A stretch of 64,000 nt of DNA from Candidatus Woesearchaeota archaeon (GCA_964460535.1 CAYWQI010000001.1:26856-90855), one strand, 5' to 3'; positions 18,914 to 29,743 are shown, counted from the stretch's first letter. The notes: generated by a model from the sequence alone, not told the origin. Numbers and translations: made by a program.

Positions 18914-20203
18914 ATGAATAAAAATAAATTTAAACAACTTGGCTTAAGTGAGCAACTTTCAAAAAACCTTGAGAAAATTGGAATTACTGAACCTACAGAA
19001 ATTCAGGAAAAAACAATTCCTCTTACTTTAAAAGGAAAAGATGTAATTGGAGGAAGTGCAACAGGTAGTGGAAAAACTCTTGCTTTTTCTGCAAATATAA
19101 TTGAAAATATTCAAGATAAAAAACCTCAAGAAATTCAAGCACTTATCTTAACACCTACAAGAGAACTTGCAGAACAAATTCTAAATTCAATAAAAAGTTT
19201 TTCACAAGGCTTTCCAGTAAAAGTTTCAACAATCTATGGAGGTGTGGATATTGAAAAACAATTTAGAAATATTCCAAAATCAAATATTATTGTTGGAACT
19301 CCAGGAAGAATTTTAGATCATTTAAATAGAAAAACACTTAATCTTTCAAAAATAAAATATCTTGTTTTAGATGAAGTTGATAGAATGTTTGAAATGGGTT
19401 TTCAAGAAGATGTTGAAAAGATACTTTATTGTTGTCCAAAACCAAAAGAAAGACAAAACCTTTTGTTCTCTGCAACAATTTCTTCAGAAGTAGGATATCT
19501 TTCTGAAAAACATTCCAATAATCCAATAGAGATATCTGTTCAATCTCATGTTGATCCAGCAAAATTAAAACAAGTTTATTATGATGTTCCTTCATCAAGA
19601 AAATTTCCTTTATTAGTTCATTTATTAAAAAATGAAAGTGCAGATTTAGTTATGGTTTTCTGCAATACAAGAAGAAATGTAGATTTTGTGACTCAAAATT
19701 TAAAATTAAATAATATAAATGCTACAGCAATTCACGGAGGATTAACTCAAAATAAAAGAAAAAATGTTTTGTCTGATTTTCACAAAGGACAAACCAATGT
19801 TCTTGTTTGTACTGATGTTGCTGCCAGAGGATTAGACATAAAAAATGTAAGCCATGTTTATAATTATGATATGTCTCCAAATAGTAAAGAATACACTCAT
19901 AGAATAGGAAGAACTGCAAGAGCAGGAGAAGAAGGAATAGCAATAAATCTTATTTCTTCAAGAGATTATGAAAATTTTAGAGAAGTAATTGATAATCCAA
20001 AATTAAAAAAAGTAATAAAAAGAAGAGATTGTCCATATATTCCAAGAGCAAAAATGAAGATTCCTTCAAGAAATAATAAAGGAGATAATAGAAACAGAGG
20101 AAGATTTAATAAATCAAATAATAAATTTGGTCAAAGACATAAAAGAAATTTTCAAAAAAAGAATTCTCAAAAGAACTTTAAATCTAAAAAAAGAAATTTT
20201 TAA
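18914..20203 (+). CDS. DEAD-box RNA helicase
   Basis: ATGSGKT, PTRELA, DEVD, SAT, ARGLD, HRIGRTAR. Confidence 0.95.
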   Translation: MNKNKFKQLGLSEQLSKNLEKIGITEPTEIQEKTIPLTLKGKDVIGGSATGSGKTLAFSANIIENIQDKKPQEIQALILTPTRELAEQILNSIKSFSQGFPVKVSTIYGGVDIEKQFRNIPKSNIIVGTPGRILDHLNRKTLNLSKIKYLVLDEVDRMFEMGFQEDVEKILYCCPKPKERQNLLFSATISSEVGYLSEKHSNNPIEISVQSHVDPAKLKQVYYDVPSSRKFPLLVHLLKNESADLVMVFCNTRRNVDFVTQNLKLNNINATAIHGGLTQNKRKNVLSDFHKGQTNVLVCTDVAARGLDIKNVSHVYNYDMSPNSKEYTHRIGRTARAGEEGIAINLISSRDYENFREVIDNPKLKKVIKRRDCPYIPRAKMKIPSRNNKGDNRNRGRFNKSNNKFGQRHKRNFQKKNSQKNFKSKKRNF

Positions 20204-20206
20204 ATT

Positions 20207-20437
20207 TTATTTCTCATATCTTGCAATTGAAATAGTTTGATTATCTTCTAAAGTAAGAGTGACTCCTCCAGATGAATTAATTGCAGAAACTATTGAGGTT
20301 AATGCATCTTTTCCACCTTCAATATACTTTTTTTCAAGAGCAGTTTGATGATATCCAAAAGCAAGAATTCCTAGTGCAATTAAAATTATAAATAAAAATA
20401 TGAATCCTATTTTCCATTTATTTTTCTTATTTCCCAT
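20207..20437 (-). CDS. small membrane protein
   Basis: 76 aa with N-terminal TM segment. Confidence 0.55.
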   Translation of the reverse strand: MGNKKNKWKIGFIFLFIILIALGILAFGYHQTALEKKYIEGGKDALTSIVSAINSSGGVTLTLEDNQTISIARYEK

Positions 20438-20943
20438 TATGAACTTCCCTCACAGAAGTCTAATTCATCTTCACATTCTTCATATTTTTCTTTCCATTCT
20501 TCAATTTCTTGTTCAAGAACCTCTTTTTCATCTTCACAAGTATCTTGAATATCTTTTTTTAATTCCCATTTTTCATTATTACATTCAGTTATCATTTTAT
20601 TTTTCAAACTTTGTTCTTCTTCACTTAAATCAATTGAACTTTCTTTAATTGGAATTCCAAAAATCTCTGGATTTGATTTATTTATATCATATGTAAAATA
20701 TCCTGTTAATTCTGAAGAAATTCCTTCAGCAGATATTAAAAAACCACTCATTTGGATGTTTTCATTAAGATAAAGGTAAGTTCCTCCTCCTAAGATAATT
20801 AAAATAAAGAAGGACATTAATCCAATAACTATTTTTCCATAATGAGGATGCTTTTCTACTTTAGAAAGCACTTCTAATATTTCTTGAAATGTAGGAACAT
20901 TTGTTCTTTCATCAACATCAAAATTCACATCTTTTTTTACCAT
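20437..20943 (-). CDS. membrane-anchored hypothetical protein
   Basis: Single TM plus acidic coiled-coil C-terminus. Confidence 0.6.
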   Translation of the reverse strand: MVKKDVNFDVDERTNVPTFQEILEVLSKVEKHPHYGKIVIGLMSFFILIILGGGTYLYLNENIQMSGFLISAEGISSELTGYFTYDINKSNPEIFGIPIKESSIDLSEEEQSLKNKMITECNNEKWELKKDIQDTCEDEKEVLEQEIEEWKEKYEECEDELDFCEGSS

Positions 20944-20986
20944 TTGATAAAATTAATTTGGAATCATTTATTTAAAAATATTTCCT

Positions 20987-21352
20987 TTAATGTCCTAAAA
21001 ACTTGTTATAAATCCATGCAAAAATAAATAATCCTGCAAAAACATCAACAAAACCATAAACAGCTCCAATCAAAGAACCAATCCAACTTACACTATAACC
21101 TGCAAAACCATACATTGCCTCTAACCAAGGAATAGCAAGATTTGTATATCCTGAAAAACTTCCTCCTAAAGCTAATAATGTAGTAATTAAAACACAAGCT
21201 CCAGAAAGAATACCTCCTGCTAATCCAAACTTAACTTTATCTAAACCAGGATATTTAGGATGAACAAAAGCTTCGACTTCATTATGAATTTCTCTTTGTC
21301 TTGCTTTATCCTCTTTTAGAATGTTCTTTTTTGTTTTATTGGATTTTGCCAT
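20987..21352 (-). CDS. small membrane protein
   Basis: Two TM segments, GYSVSWIGSLIGAVYGFVD. Confidence 0.65.
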   Translation of the reverse strand: MAKSNKTKKNILKEDKARQREIHNEVEAFVHPKYPGLDKVKFGLAGGILSGACVLITTLLALGGSFSGYTNLAIPWLEAMYGFAGYSVSWIGSLIGAVYGFVDVFAGLFIFAWIYNKFLGH

Positions 21353-21409
21353 TTTCCTCTTTTATATTAATAAGAGCAACTCTTCCTTTTTAAATTTTTC
21401 TAAGAATGG

Positions 21410-21642
21410 TCTTTGGTAACCAAAGTATGTTCTTCTTAATAATTTCTTATGGCTTTAATTTAAAAAATAATAAGAAATTTTAATTAATATTTTTTGAAGT
21501 TCTTTTGGATAATTGTGCCTTTAAATCAATTATTATTAGAAAATATTTCTATAACTCATATGTTTAAGATTTGAAATTTTTTACTATTAATCTTTTTTTA
21601 GTAAACATATTTGTTTTTATTTTTGTAGTTAGGACTACTATC
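21410..21642 (+). repeat. dispersed ~230-bp intergenic repeat
   Basis: Shares AATAATAAGAAATTTTAATTAATAT, GAAGTTCTTTTGGATAATTGTGCCTTTAAATC and TTTTATTTTTGTAGTTAG with 13308-13538; ends approximate. Confidence 0.8.
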
Positions 21643-21729
21643 TTCTAAGAGTGCAATTATCTGTAAAAACAAGATATCTTAATAATTAAAAATAATTAAA
21701 TTTAAAATATCTCATTTATTTAAGATTAT

Positions 21730-22524
21730 ATGATAAAAAAGAAAAAACTAGCTAAACTTACTTATATTTCACTAGTTTTATTTACAATCTTTATTTTATC
21801 TTCTATAAGTTATTTTTTTCTCAAAATACAGACTTCTGCAAGTTCTATTAAATATCTTTTAAATATTTTAAATGAAAAAAATTTTCAAGAAATATTAAAA
21901 CAAATAAGTTTTGAATTAGATTCTATTTCAGGATTAATAACAATACAAACAATATTTTCTTTAATAATTATTATTTCTCTTATTTCACTTGCGAGTTTTT
22001 TATTTAAAGCTTATTTAGTAAAACATAGAAATTCAATAATAGATCCTTTAACAGGAATTTACAACAGAGGAGCAATTAAATTTGGTCTTCAACAATCTAT
22101 TAAAGAATCAAGAAGATATAAACATCCTTTAAGTCTTGCAATTTTAGATATAGATCATTTCAAAACTTTTAATGATAAAAACGGACATACAAAAGGAGAC
22201 AACGCATTAATCAAATTTTCAAATATATTATCAAATGAAATAAGAGAATCAGATATTCTTGGAAGATACGGAGGAGAAGAATTTATAATAATCTTTCCTG
22301 AAACATCTTTAAAAAATTCTAAAAAAATCTGTGAAAGAATAAAAAACAAGATACAAAAAACATCTTTTGAAGGTGAAGAAAAACTTCCTGAAAAAAAATT
22401 AACAACAAGTATTGGTTTAGCTTCTTTTTCTGATAAAAGAAAAAGCCTCTCTTCATTAATAAATGAAGCAGATAAAAATCTTTATTCTGCAAAAGCTCTT
22501 GGAAGAAACAAAATAATTGGATAA
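21730..22524 (+). CDS. membrane-bound GGDEF diguanylate cyclase
   Basis: Two TMs, DPLTGIYNR, DIDHFKTFND..GH..GD, RESD I-site, RYGGEEF, SIG, ADKNLYSAK..GRN. Confidence 0.93.
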   Translation: MIKKKKLAKLTYISLVLFTIFILSSISYFFLKIQTSASSIKYLLNILNEKNFQEILKQISFELDSISGLITIQTIFSLIIIISLISLASFLFKAYLVKHRNSIIDPLTGIYNRGAIKFGLQQSIKESRRYKHPLSLAILDIDHFKTFNDKNGHTKGDNALIKFSNILSNEIRESDILGRYGGEEFIIIFPETSLKNSKKICERIKNKIQKTSFEGEEKLPEKKLTTSIGLASFSDKRKSLSSLINEADKNLYSAKALGRNKIIG

Positions 22525-22525
22525 T

Positions 22526-23842
22526 TTAATTTAAGTTATCTTTTTTAATAACTTTTTTACCATTCATGTAAGGTTGAAGAACTTTTGGAATTTTTATACT
22601 TCCATCTTTTTGTTGATTATTTTCTATTAAAGCAACAAGAGCTCTTGAAGTTGCAATAGCTGTATTGTTTAGAGTGTGAGGAATAATTCTTTGACCCTTT
22701 ATTCTTGTTGAAATTCCGAGTTTTCTTGCTTGAGCATCTGTCAAGTTTGAACAACTTCCAACTTCAAAATAATCCTTTTTTCTAGGAGAATAACTTTCAA
22801 TATCAACTTGCTCTTTTTTTAAATCTCCTAAATCTCCTGAACATATTTTTAAAACCCTTATTGGAATTTCCATTTTCTTGAATATGTCAATTGTAATTTT
22901 TTTCATTTGTTTATAAAAATTATCAGAATCTTCAGGTTTGCAAATTACAACCATCTCTATTTTATTAAATTGGTGTGTTCTAAATATTCCTTTTTCATCT
23001 ATTCCATGACTACCAATCTCTTTTCTAAAACACATACTATATGAAGTTTGTTTTAGAGGCAACCTTTTTTCATCTATTTCTCTATCAACAAATCTTCCAA
23101 TTAAAGAATGTTCTGAAGTTCCAATCAACGCCATTTTTTGTTCATCTTCAACAAGATAAATCTGCTGTTGTTTATCATTCAAATCAGTAACTCTGTCAAT
23201 AATTTCTTCTTTTAACATATAAGGAGTTTCAACATATCTAAATCCGCTTTTAACCATATAATCTCTTGCAAAATTTAACATTGCCTGGTTTAATAATGCA
23301 ATATCCCCTTCAATATAATAAAAACCATTTCCTGAAACTCTTGCTGAAGAATCAAAATCTCCTAAACCAAGTTCTTCTATTAATTCTCCATGAGATTTTA
23401 TTTCAAAATCTTGTTTTTTTGGTTTACCAATATATTCTTCAGGAACATTCTCCTCATCATCTTTTCCAATAGGAACATTTTCAGAAATAAGATTAGGAAT
23501 TTTAATTAAAATATCTCTAAGTTCTTTTTCTAATTTCTTTTCCTTTTTTTCATTATTTTCAATTTTTTTAGGAATCTCTTTTGCTTTTTTAATAAATTCT
23601 TTTGCTTTTTTTTCATCCTTGTTCTTTTTAGCTTTATTAATTTCTTCAGAAATCTTATTTCTTTCAGACCTCAATTTATCCCCTTTCTGTTTTTGAATTC
23701 TCCATTTTTCATCAATTTCAATTGCCTTATCCACAAGAGGAAGTTTATTTTCTTGAAATTTTTTCTTTATATTCTCTTTATAAATTTCAGGTCTTTCTCT
23801 AAGGTCTTTTATATCTATCATGTAAATCAAAAAACAAGACAT
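22526..23842 (-). CDS. serS: seryl-tRNA synthetase
   Basis: GTSEHSL, FRKEIGSHG, RTHQFNKIE, HTLNNTAIATSR. Confidence 0.96.
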   Translation of the reverse strand: MSCFLIYMIDIKDLRERPEIYKENIKKKFQENKLPLVDKAIEIDEKWRIQKQKGDKLRSERNKISEEINKAKKNKDEKKAKEFIKKAKEIPKKIENNEKKEKKLEKELRDILIKIPNLISENVPIGKDDEENVPEEYIGKPKKQDFEIKSHGELIEELGLGDFDSSARVSGNGFYYIEGDIALLNQAMLNFARDYMVKSGFRYVETPYMLKEEIIDRVTDLNDKQQQIYLVEDEQKMALIGTSEHSLIGRFVDREIDEKRLPLKQTSYSMCFRKEIGSHGIDEKGIFRTHQFNKIEMVVICKPEDSDNFYKQMKKITIDIFKKMEIPIRVLKICSGDLGDLKKEQVDIESYSPRKKDYFEVGSCSNLTDAQARKLGISTRIKGQRIIPHTLNNTAIATSRALVALIENNQQKDGSIKIPKVLQPYMNGKKVIKKDNLN

Positions 23843-23861
23843 TATTTAAATCTTATTATCA

Positions 23862-24095
23862 TATCTGGTAATCAAGGCATACACTTTTCACTAATTTTTT
23901 GTTTCACAAATTTAATAAGCAATAAGAAATTTTAATTAATATATCTTGAGTTTTTTGAATAATTGTGACTTGATATTTTTTTATTATGAGAGAATATCTC
24001 TACAAATTGTTATGTCCAATCTCTGAAAGTTTTTACAATTAATCTTGCTTTAAGAAATGTATTTGTTTTTATTTTTGTAGTTGAGATTACTAAGA
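23862..24095 (+). repeat. dispersed ~230-bp intergenic repeat
   Basis: Starts TATCTGGTAATC; contains AATAAGAAATTTTAATTAATAT, CTCTGAAAGTTTTTA, TTTTATTTTTGTAGTT. Confidence 0.8.
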
Positions 24096-24140
24096 GATTA
24101 TCATCAACAAGTTTAAAAATCCTATAAACTTGATTAAATC

Positions 24141-24809
24141 ATGACAGAGGTGGTAAATGAAATTGCGAATCAGACTACAGGAATATATCAAGAAATAGCA
24201 AGTGTTCTTCCACATCCTTTTGGAGTCTTGTTACCTGTTTTAGTACTTGTTTTAGGAGTTTTTATATATTCTTTATTTGTCTGGCATTTTTATAGGTTTG
24301 TTGCAAAAAAAGACCTTATTACTCTAAATTTAGGAGATTATGGAAAATCAATTGAAAATAATTTTATGTCAAAGATAGTTTTGGGGTTTATTTATTTTAT
24401 TGAAAACATCCTTTTTTCTCTAGTAATTATATTCATAGGTTATTCAGCATTTACAATTCTATTTATATTTTTAAATGAGTCTTTAACAACTCAAAATGTT
24501 ATCTTAGTTTCTGCAGTTATTGTTTCAGTTATAAGAATGACTGCTTATTATAAAGAAGCATTAGCTAAGGATTTAAGTAAAATGCTTCCTTTTACTTTAC
24601 TTGCTGTTTCACTACTTAATCCTAAATTTTTTGACATGTCAAGAATAGCCTCTTCTTTTTCAGACATATTTAATTTATTTGATATAATTATCTTGTATTT
24701 TTTATTCATTATTGTTCTTGAAGTTGTTTTAAGATTATCTGAATTTGTTTTTTCATTTTTTAGTCTAGAAGAAATTGAACAAAGAGAAGAAGAAGTAAAA
24801 GAAGAGTAA
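24141..24809 (+). CDS. conserved membrane protein
   Basis: 222 aa with multiple TMs, RMTAYYKEALAKDLSKMLPF. Confidence 0.7.
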   Translation: MTEVVNEIANQTTGIYQEIASVLPHPFGVLLPVLVLVLGVFIYSLFVWHFYRFVAKKDLITLNLGDYGKSIENNFMSKIVLGFIYFIENILFSLVIIFIGYSAFTILFIFLNESLTTQNVILVSAVIVSVIRMTAYYKEALAKDLSKMLPFTLLAVSLLNPKFFDMSRIASSFSDIFNLFDIIILYFLFIIVLEVVLRLSEFVFSFFSLEEIEQREEEVKEE

Positions 24810-24834
24810 GTTTTGAAGATTTTTTCAATCAATG

Positions 24835-25050
24835 TATCTAGTAATCCTAATTACAAAAATAAAACTCAACACATTACTTGAAAAAATATTAATAGTAAAA
24901 ACTTTAAGGACTTAAACATAACAATCTGCAGAAATATTTCTCAATAATAAAAAATTCAAATACCCATTTCTTCAAAAAATCTAAAGACATTAACTTATTA
25001 AATTTACTAAGCAGAAAATTATTAAGTAGAACTTTAAGTGTTACAAGATA
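24835..25050 (-). repeat. dispersed 216-bp intergenic repeat with TIRs
   Basis: Ends TATCTAGTAATCC / GTGTTACAAGATA; reverse complement aligns to the other copies. Confidence 0.8.
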
Positions 25051-25054
25051 TTAA

Positions 25055-26761
25055 TCAATTCTTTTCCACTCGAGGATGTTCATGGCCTTTTTTCATTCTC
25101 TCAAGCAACATCTTGACATGTTTCTTTTTTTCATTTTCATATCCTTTTTTGTTTGATTTATCTTGAGAAATCATTTTTGCAACATATTCTCCTCCTAAGA
25201 AATGCGGAGTTAAAACATAACTAGCTCCTTTTCTATAAAGTTCCATTGCATCTTCAATCTGATGTGCAGTAACAATAATAATTGCATTTGGATTTACAAG
25301 CCTTATTTGTTCAATCAATAATAGATTTGTTTCTTGGTCAGGAATTGTTGAAACTGCAAGTTGCATTTTGTCAAGAGGTAATTCTTCAAGTAAATCTGTA
25401 TCATAACTATCTCCATATAAACAAGGAATTCTTAATTTTTTTAAATCTTCAATAACATCAGGATTAAAATCTACTACAAGATATTTCTTTTTTATTTTTT
25501 TCAAGGATCTCAAAATACTAAATCCAATTCTATTATATCCAAATAAAATAGCATCATAGTGTTTGCTTGTATTTCTTGATTTTTTAATGTTCTTTTTTTC
25601 AAATATAGATAAAAATCTAGAGATTCTATTATAAATTTGCTTTGAATAAGTAATCATATAAGTTGAACCTGCAATTGTTATTAAACCAACTACAGTTACA
25701 AGCGAGAGTACTGTTGAATCAACATGGCCTACAGAAACTCCAAGTGCAACAAGAATTATAGAGAATTCACTTATTTGTGCTACAGTTAATCCAGATAAAA
25801 ACCCTGTTCTTTTTGTGTATCCCATTGAACCCATTAAAACCATTACAATAAAAGGATTTCCAATAAGAATAAATAAAGAAAACATAACTATTGGAAAAAT
25901 ATTATCTATTACATTACCCATTTCCATTTGAGAACCAATAATTATAAAGAATAAAACAATAAAGAAATCTCTTAGAGGTTTCATTTTTGAACTTATTTCA
26001 TTTGAATAAGGAGTTGTAGATAAAATTATTCCTGCTAGTAATGCACCAATTTCTAGAGAAAAATTAAGAAAATCAAACCAGCTTGCAAGTGCTAAACACC
26101 ATCCAATTGAAAAAAGAAATAAAAATTCTTGTGACCTTGCTATTTTCTTTAAAAGAGAAGGCATAACACTAAGACCTAATAAAAAAAGAATAGTTATGCT
26201 CAAAAATCCATAAATAAGAATACTTGTAATAGAACCTGAATCACTATTTCCAGAAAATGAAGAAACAGCCATTAAAATAAAAACTGCAATCAAATCTTGA
26301 ACAATCAAAAAACCAACAGAAATTTTTCCATAAAGACTATTCATATCTCCTTTATCTGATATTAGTTTCATAATAATAATAGTACTACTAAATGTAAGAG
26401 CTATAGCAATGTATACAGAAGCAATAATAGAAAATCCTAATAAAAAGGAAATAATAAAAGATATTATTGAGGTAAAAAGAACTTGTCCAACACCAGTAAC
26501 TAGGGATATTTTTCCAACCTCTTTAATAACTTTAGGATTAAGATGCAAACCAACAGTAAAGAGAAGCAATGCAACACCTATCTTTGAGAAAGTTCCTAAT
26601 GCAGAACCCTCTGAAATTAAATTTAAAAAAATAGGCCCAACAAGAATTCCTGTGATAATATAACCTATTAACAAAGGCTGTTTAAATGCTTTCATAATTG
26701 CAGAAACACCAATAGCTACAATAAGTATAATTGATAATTGTATAAATGTATTTTCTATCAT
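25055..26761 (-). CDS. CPA2 cation:proton antiporter with TrkA-N (Kef-type)
   Basis: Multi-TM with FSSTIII, QDL, QISEFS; C-terminal GYNRIG RCK domain. Confidence 0.9.
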   Translation of the reverse strand: MIENTFIQLSIILIVAIGVSAIMKAFKQPLLIGYIITGILVGPIFLNLISEGSALGTFSKIGVALLLFTVGLHLNPKVIKEVGKISLVTGVGQVLFTSIISFIISFLLGFSIIASVYIAIALTFSSTIIIMKLISDKGDMNSLYGKISVGFLIVQDLIAVFILMAVSSFSGNSDSGSITSILIYGFLSITILFLLGLSVMPSLLKKIARSQEFLFLFSIGWCLALASWFDFLNFSLEIGALLAGIILSTTPYSNEISSKMKPLRDFFIVLFFIIIGSQMEMGNVIDNIFPIVMFSLFILIGNPFIVMVLMGSMGYTKRTGFLSGLTVAQISEFSIILVALGVSVGHVDSTVLSLVTVVGLITIAGSTYMITYSKQIYNRISRFLSIFEKKNIKKSRNTSKHYDAILFGYNRIGFSILRSLKKIKKKYLVVDFNPDVIEDLKKLRIPCLYGDSYDTDLLEELPLDKMQLAVSTIPDQETNLLLIEQIRLVNPNAIIIVTAHQIEDAMELYRKGASYVLTPHFLGGEYVAKMISQDKSNKKGYENEKKKHVKMLLERMKKGHEHPRVEKN

Positions 26762-26894
26762 TTTTCTCTTTTTTATATCTTTAAAAAAAGAAAAAAGGGT
26801 ATAAAAAGCTTTTTAAACCTTCTAACATCTATTTTTATAGGTTGGAAAGTTGGAGGAGGTTTCCAAGAATATAAAACATAATGGAAAAAGCAAA

Positions 26895-27203
26895 ATGCCA
26901 AAAGTAAGAATAAAATTAAATAGTCCAGATATAGAAATGCTTAATAATATCTGTGATTCTATAAAACAAACTGCTAAAAAATCTGGAATAAATATTTCTG
27001 GTCCTGTTCCTCTTAAAACAAAAAAACTTAAGATTACTACAAGAAAAAGTCCTTGTGGTGACGGAACTGCAACATTTGATAATTATGAAATGAGAATTCA
27101 TAAAAGACTAATTGACATTCCAGCAAATGAAAAAATACTTCATCATATAATGAGGATGAAAGTTCCAAAATCTGTGAATATTAAGATTGAAATGAAAGAA
27201 TAG
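26895..27203 (+). CDS. rps10: 30S ribosomal protein uS10
   Basis: KVRIKL...GPVPL...TRKSPCGDG...EMRIHKRLIDI; likely start MPKVR. Confidence 0.95.
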   Translation: MPKVRIKLNSPDIEMLNNICDSIKQTAKKSGINISGPVPLKTKKLKITTRKSPCGDGTATFDNYEMRIHKRLIDIPANEKILHHIMRMKVPKSVNIKIEMKE

Positions 27204-27346
27204 TTTTTTCTTTATTTATAAAAACAATATAATAAAACATATCTTTTACAATATATATTTTATATTATATATGTTGCATTATATATTTTACTTTATATAT
27301 TTCTAAAGATAAATTTATTTAAAAGAAACTCTTAGATAAAATAAAT

Positions 27347-27994
27347 ATGAAAAAAAGAAATAAAAAAGGTTTATTTATTGCTTTTGAAGGAATTGATGGA
27401 TGTGGAAAAGGAACTCAAATAAAAAAACTTTTAGAATATATAAACAATATTAGTAAATATAATCCTCTTCTTTTAACAAGAGAACCTTATTCAGATACAG
27501 ATATTAGAACAATTTTAAAGAGTGAAGACAATCCTTATTCTCAAAAAGAAAAACTTACAGAGCTTTTTATCTATGATCGTAGAAAACATTTGAAAAATTT
27601 AATAAAACCAAATTTAAAAAAAGGAGTTCATGTTATTTCAGATAGATATAGCTTATCAACTCTTGCTTATCAAAATGCTCAAGGAATGCCTTTAAATGAA
27701 TTATTAAGGATGCATAAAGGAATTTTAATTCCAGATATTATTTTTCTTATTGACATTTCAGGACAAGAAGCAGTTGAAAGAATGCAAAAAGATTTTTCAA
27801 GAGTAGAAGAACAGAAATTTGAAAAGTCTGCAGAATTTTTAGAAAAACTAAGAAAAAATTATTTAAAATTATCTGATTTAAAAAATCACAACATTGTTTT
27901 AATCAATGGTATGAATAAACCAGAACAAATATTTAATGAACAAATACTTCCTGCTTTTCATAAGATTTATAACTCTTACAATAATTCTAGATAA
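27347..27994 (+). CDS. tmk: thymidylate kinase
   Basis: FEGIDGCGKGTQ, TREP, SDRYSLSTLAYQ. Confidence 0.93.
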   Translation: MKKRNKKGLFIAFEGIDGCGKGTQIKKLLEYINNISKYNPLLLTREPYSDTDIRTILKSEDNPYSQKEKLTELFIYDRRKHLKNLIKPNLKKGVHVISDRYSLSTLAYQNAQGMPLNELLRMHKGILIPDIIFLIDISGQEAVERMQKDFSRVEEQKFEKSAEFLEKLRKNYLKLSDLKNHNIVLINGMNKPEQIFNEQILPAFHKIYNSYNNSR

Positions 27995-28004
27995 TAAGTT
28001 TTAT

Positions 28005-28085
28005 GCCTGTATCGCATAATGGTATTGCACTGCCTTGGAGTGGCAGGCCTTTCGAGGCTTCCCTGTTCGATTCAGGGTGCAGGCG
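28005..28085 (+). tRNA. tRNA-Ser(GGA)
   Basis: Acceptor GCCTGTA/TGCAGGC, anticodon arm CTGCC-TTGGAGT-GGCAG, long variable arm, T-loop GTTCGATT. Confidence 0.92.
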
Positions 28086-28101
28086 TTTTATAATATTAAA
28101 A

Positions 28102-29118
28102 ATGATATCAAAAAATAAGATTATTACTCAAATGAATAAGCAAGGATATAGATTTATAGGTCCTCAAGGAGCTGTGAAAATTTGCAGATGGACAAAGAAA
28201 TCTCTTAATGGTGAAGGTTGCTGTTATAAGGAAAAATTCTATGGAATAAAATCCCATAAATGTTGTCAAGTTACACCTTGGTTAGGCTGTGATAATAAAT
28301 GTTTACATTGTTGGAGAGCTATTGAATTTGATTTTAATAATTTTAATAAAAATAAAATAACTAAACCCCAAGAATTTATTCAAGAATCAATTCAATTCCA
28401 AAGAAAACTTCTCCAAGGTTTTAAAAAAGATCCAAAGAGTAAGAAAAAACAACTTTCAAAAGCAGATCAATTTCTTTGGAAAGAAGCACAAGAACCAGAT
28501 CAGTTTGCAATTTCTTTAAGTGGAGAACCAACAATTTATCCATATATTGGAGAATTTATTCAAGAATTAAGAAAACAAGATAAAACAAGTTTTTTAGTTA
28601 CAAATGGTTTGCACCCTCTTATTTTAAAAGAACTTTATAAAAAAAATCAACTTCCAACTCAACTTTATGTTTCTGTAAATTCAAGTAATAAAAAAGATTA
28701 TCTTCCTTTTCATAGAAGTCAAATAAAACAGCCTTGGAAAAAATTAAATTCATCATTAGAACTCTTACCAAAACTAAATAAAAAAACAAGAACAGTTTTT
28801 AGAATAAACCTAATCAAGGATTTAAATATGTCTGATAAAAATATTAATGAATTTGCAGAATTAATTAAAAAATCCCAAGCAAGATTTATTGAACTTAAAG
28901 GATTTATGTCTGTAGGTTTTGCAAGAAAAAGATTAGGATATAATAGAATGCCTTATCACGAGGACATAAAAGAATTTGCAAAAAAACTTGAAAAACAACT
29001 AAACAAAATTGATGTAAAATATAAAATTCTAGATGAACATTATTTCTCTAGAGCAATTGTTTTAGGTAATTCAAAAACAGGAAAAAAAGATTTAAAGATA
29101 AAGAAGAAAGAGGTTTGA
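28102..29118 (+). CDS. taw1: 4-demethylwyosine synthase TYW1/Taw1 (radical SAM)
   Basis: VKICRWTK, CYKEKFYGIKSHKC, CDNKCLHCWR, SLSGEPT; true start lies after tRNA-Ser. Confidence 0.93.
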   Translation: MISKNKIITQMNKQGYRFIGPQGAVKICRWTKKSLNGEGCCYKEKFYGIKSHKCCQVTPWLGCDNKCLHCWRAIEFDFNNFNKNKITKPQEFIQESIQFQRKLLQGFKKDPKSKKKQLSKADQFLWKEAQEPDQFAISLSGEPTIYPYIGEFIQELRKQDKTSFLVTNGLHPLILKELYKKNQLPTQLYVSVNSSNKKDYLPFHRSQIKQPWKKLNSSLELLPKLNKKTRTVFRINLIKDLNMSDKNINEFAELIKKSQARFIELKGFMSVGFARKRLGYNRMPYHEDIKEFAKKLEKQLNKIDVKYKILDEHYFSRAIVLGNSKTGKKDLKIKKKEV

Positions 29119-29138
29119 TTAAATGCTTTATGCCAATC

Positions 29139-29389
29139 TCAAATTCTAGTAGGCCTAGAATGCATCTCTCTTGAATCTTTGGGCTGATAATCGATCCAGT
29201 CTTGAATAACTTTTTTTCTATGTTCAACCTCTTGTCTTGCTTGTTCTGAAGTTCTCCAGGATTCAGAGACATAGTTGATAATAAACCCTATTGAATCTCC
29301 CATAAAGTGCCCCAGAGAACCTCTCCACACTGGCCTTCCACCCGCCAGATAAATTAAATCTTCATCATATTTTTTTGTTCTATTCCCAT
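29139..29389 (-). pseudogene. small hypothetical ORF, apparently frameshifted in an A7 run
   Basis: ATG at 29389 joins the 29139-29330 frame if A7 becomes A8 (MGIEQKKYDEDLIYLAGGRPVWRG...). Confidence 0.4.
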
Positions 29390-29392
29390 CCT

Positions 29393-29743
29393 CTACAAAT
29401 CAATAACTCCTTCTTTAGTCAAAGCAGCAAAGCGAATTCCAACAGGAAGATTAATCAAAGCAGAAATCAAAGACATGTGTTGTTTTCCATCTCCAGAAGC
29501 TATTGTTAAAGCAACTTCTGTTCCTTGAAACTTGCCTTTTAATTTTTGTGAAAATTCTTCTTTTAAATCTTTTATTTTTTTATTTAAATCAACTTTAATA
29601 AATTCAAATTGTTTTTCATGGGAAAATTGTTTTGCAAAATCATCTCCAAGAATAAATATTTTATCCCATTCTCCATATTTCATTAATCCAGAGATTTGCC
29701 CCCAGGTTCCTTTTCCACTTGATAATAATGCTACTAATTCCAT
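29393..29743 (-). CDS. conserved hypothetical protein
   Basis: 116 aa, LSSGKGTWG, ASGDGKQHM. Confidence 0.7.
   Translation of the reverse strand: MELVALLSSGKGTWGQISGLMKYGEWDKIFILGDDFAKQFSHEKQFEFIKVDLNKKIKDLKEEFSQKLKGKFQGTEVALTIASGDGKQHMSLISALINLPVGIRFAALTKEGVIDL

Noticed and set aside
28003..28101. N-terminal extension of TYW1 given by the ORF track
   Set aside because: It is tRNA-Ser(GGA) read in frame; the real start is at 28102
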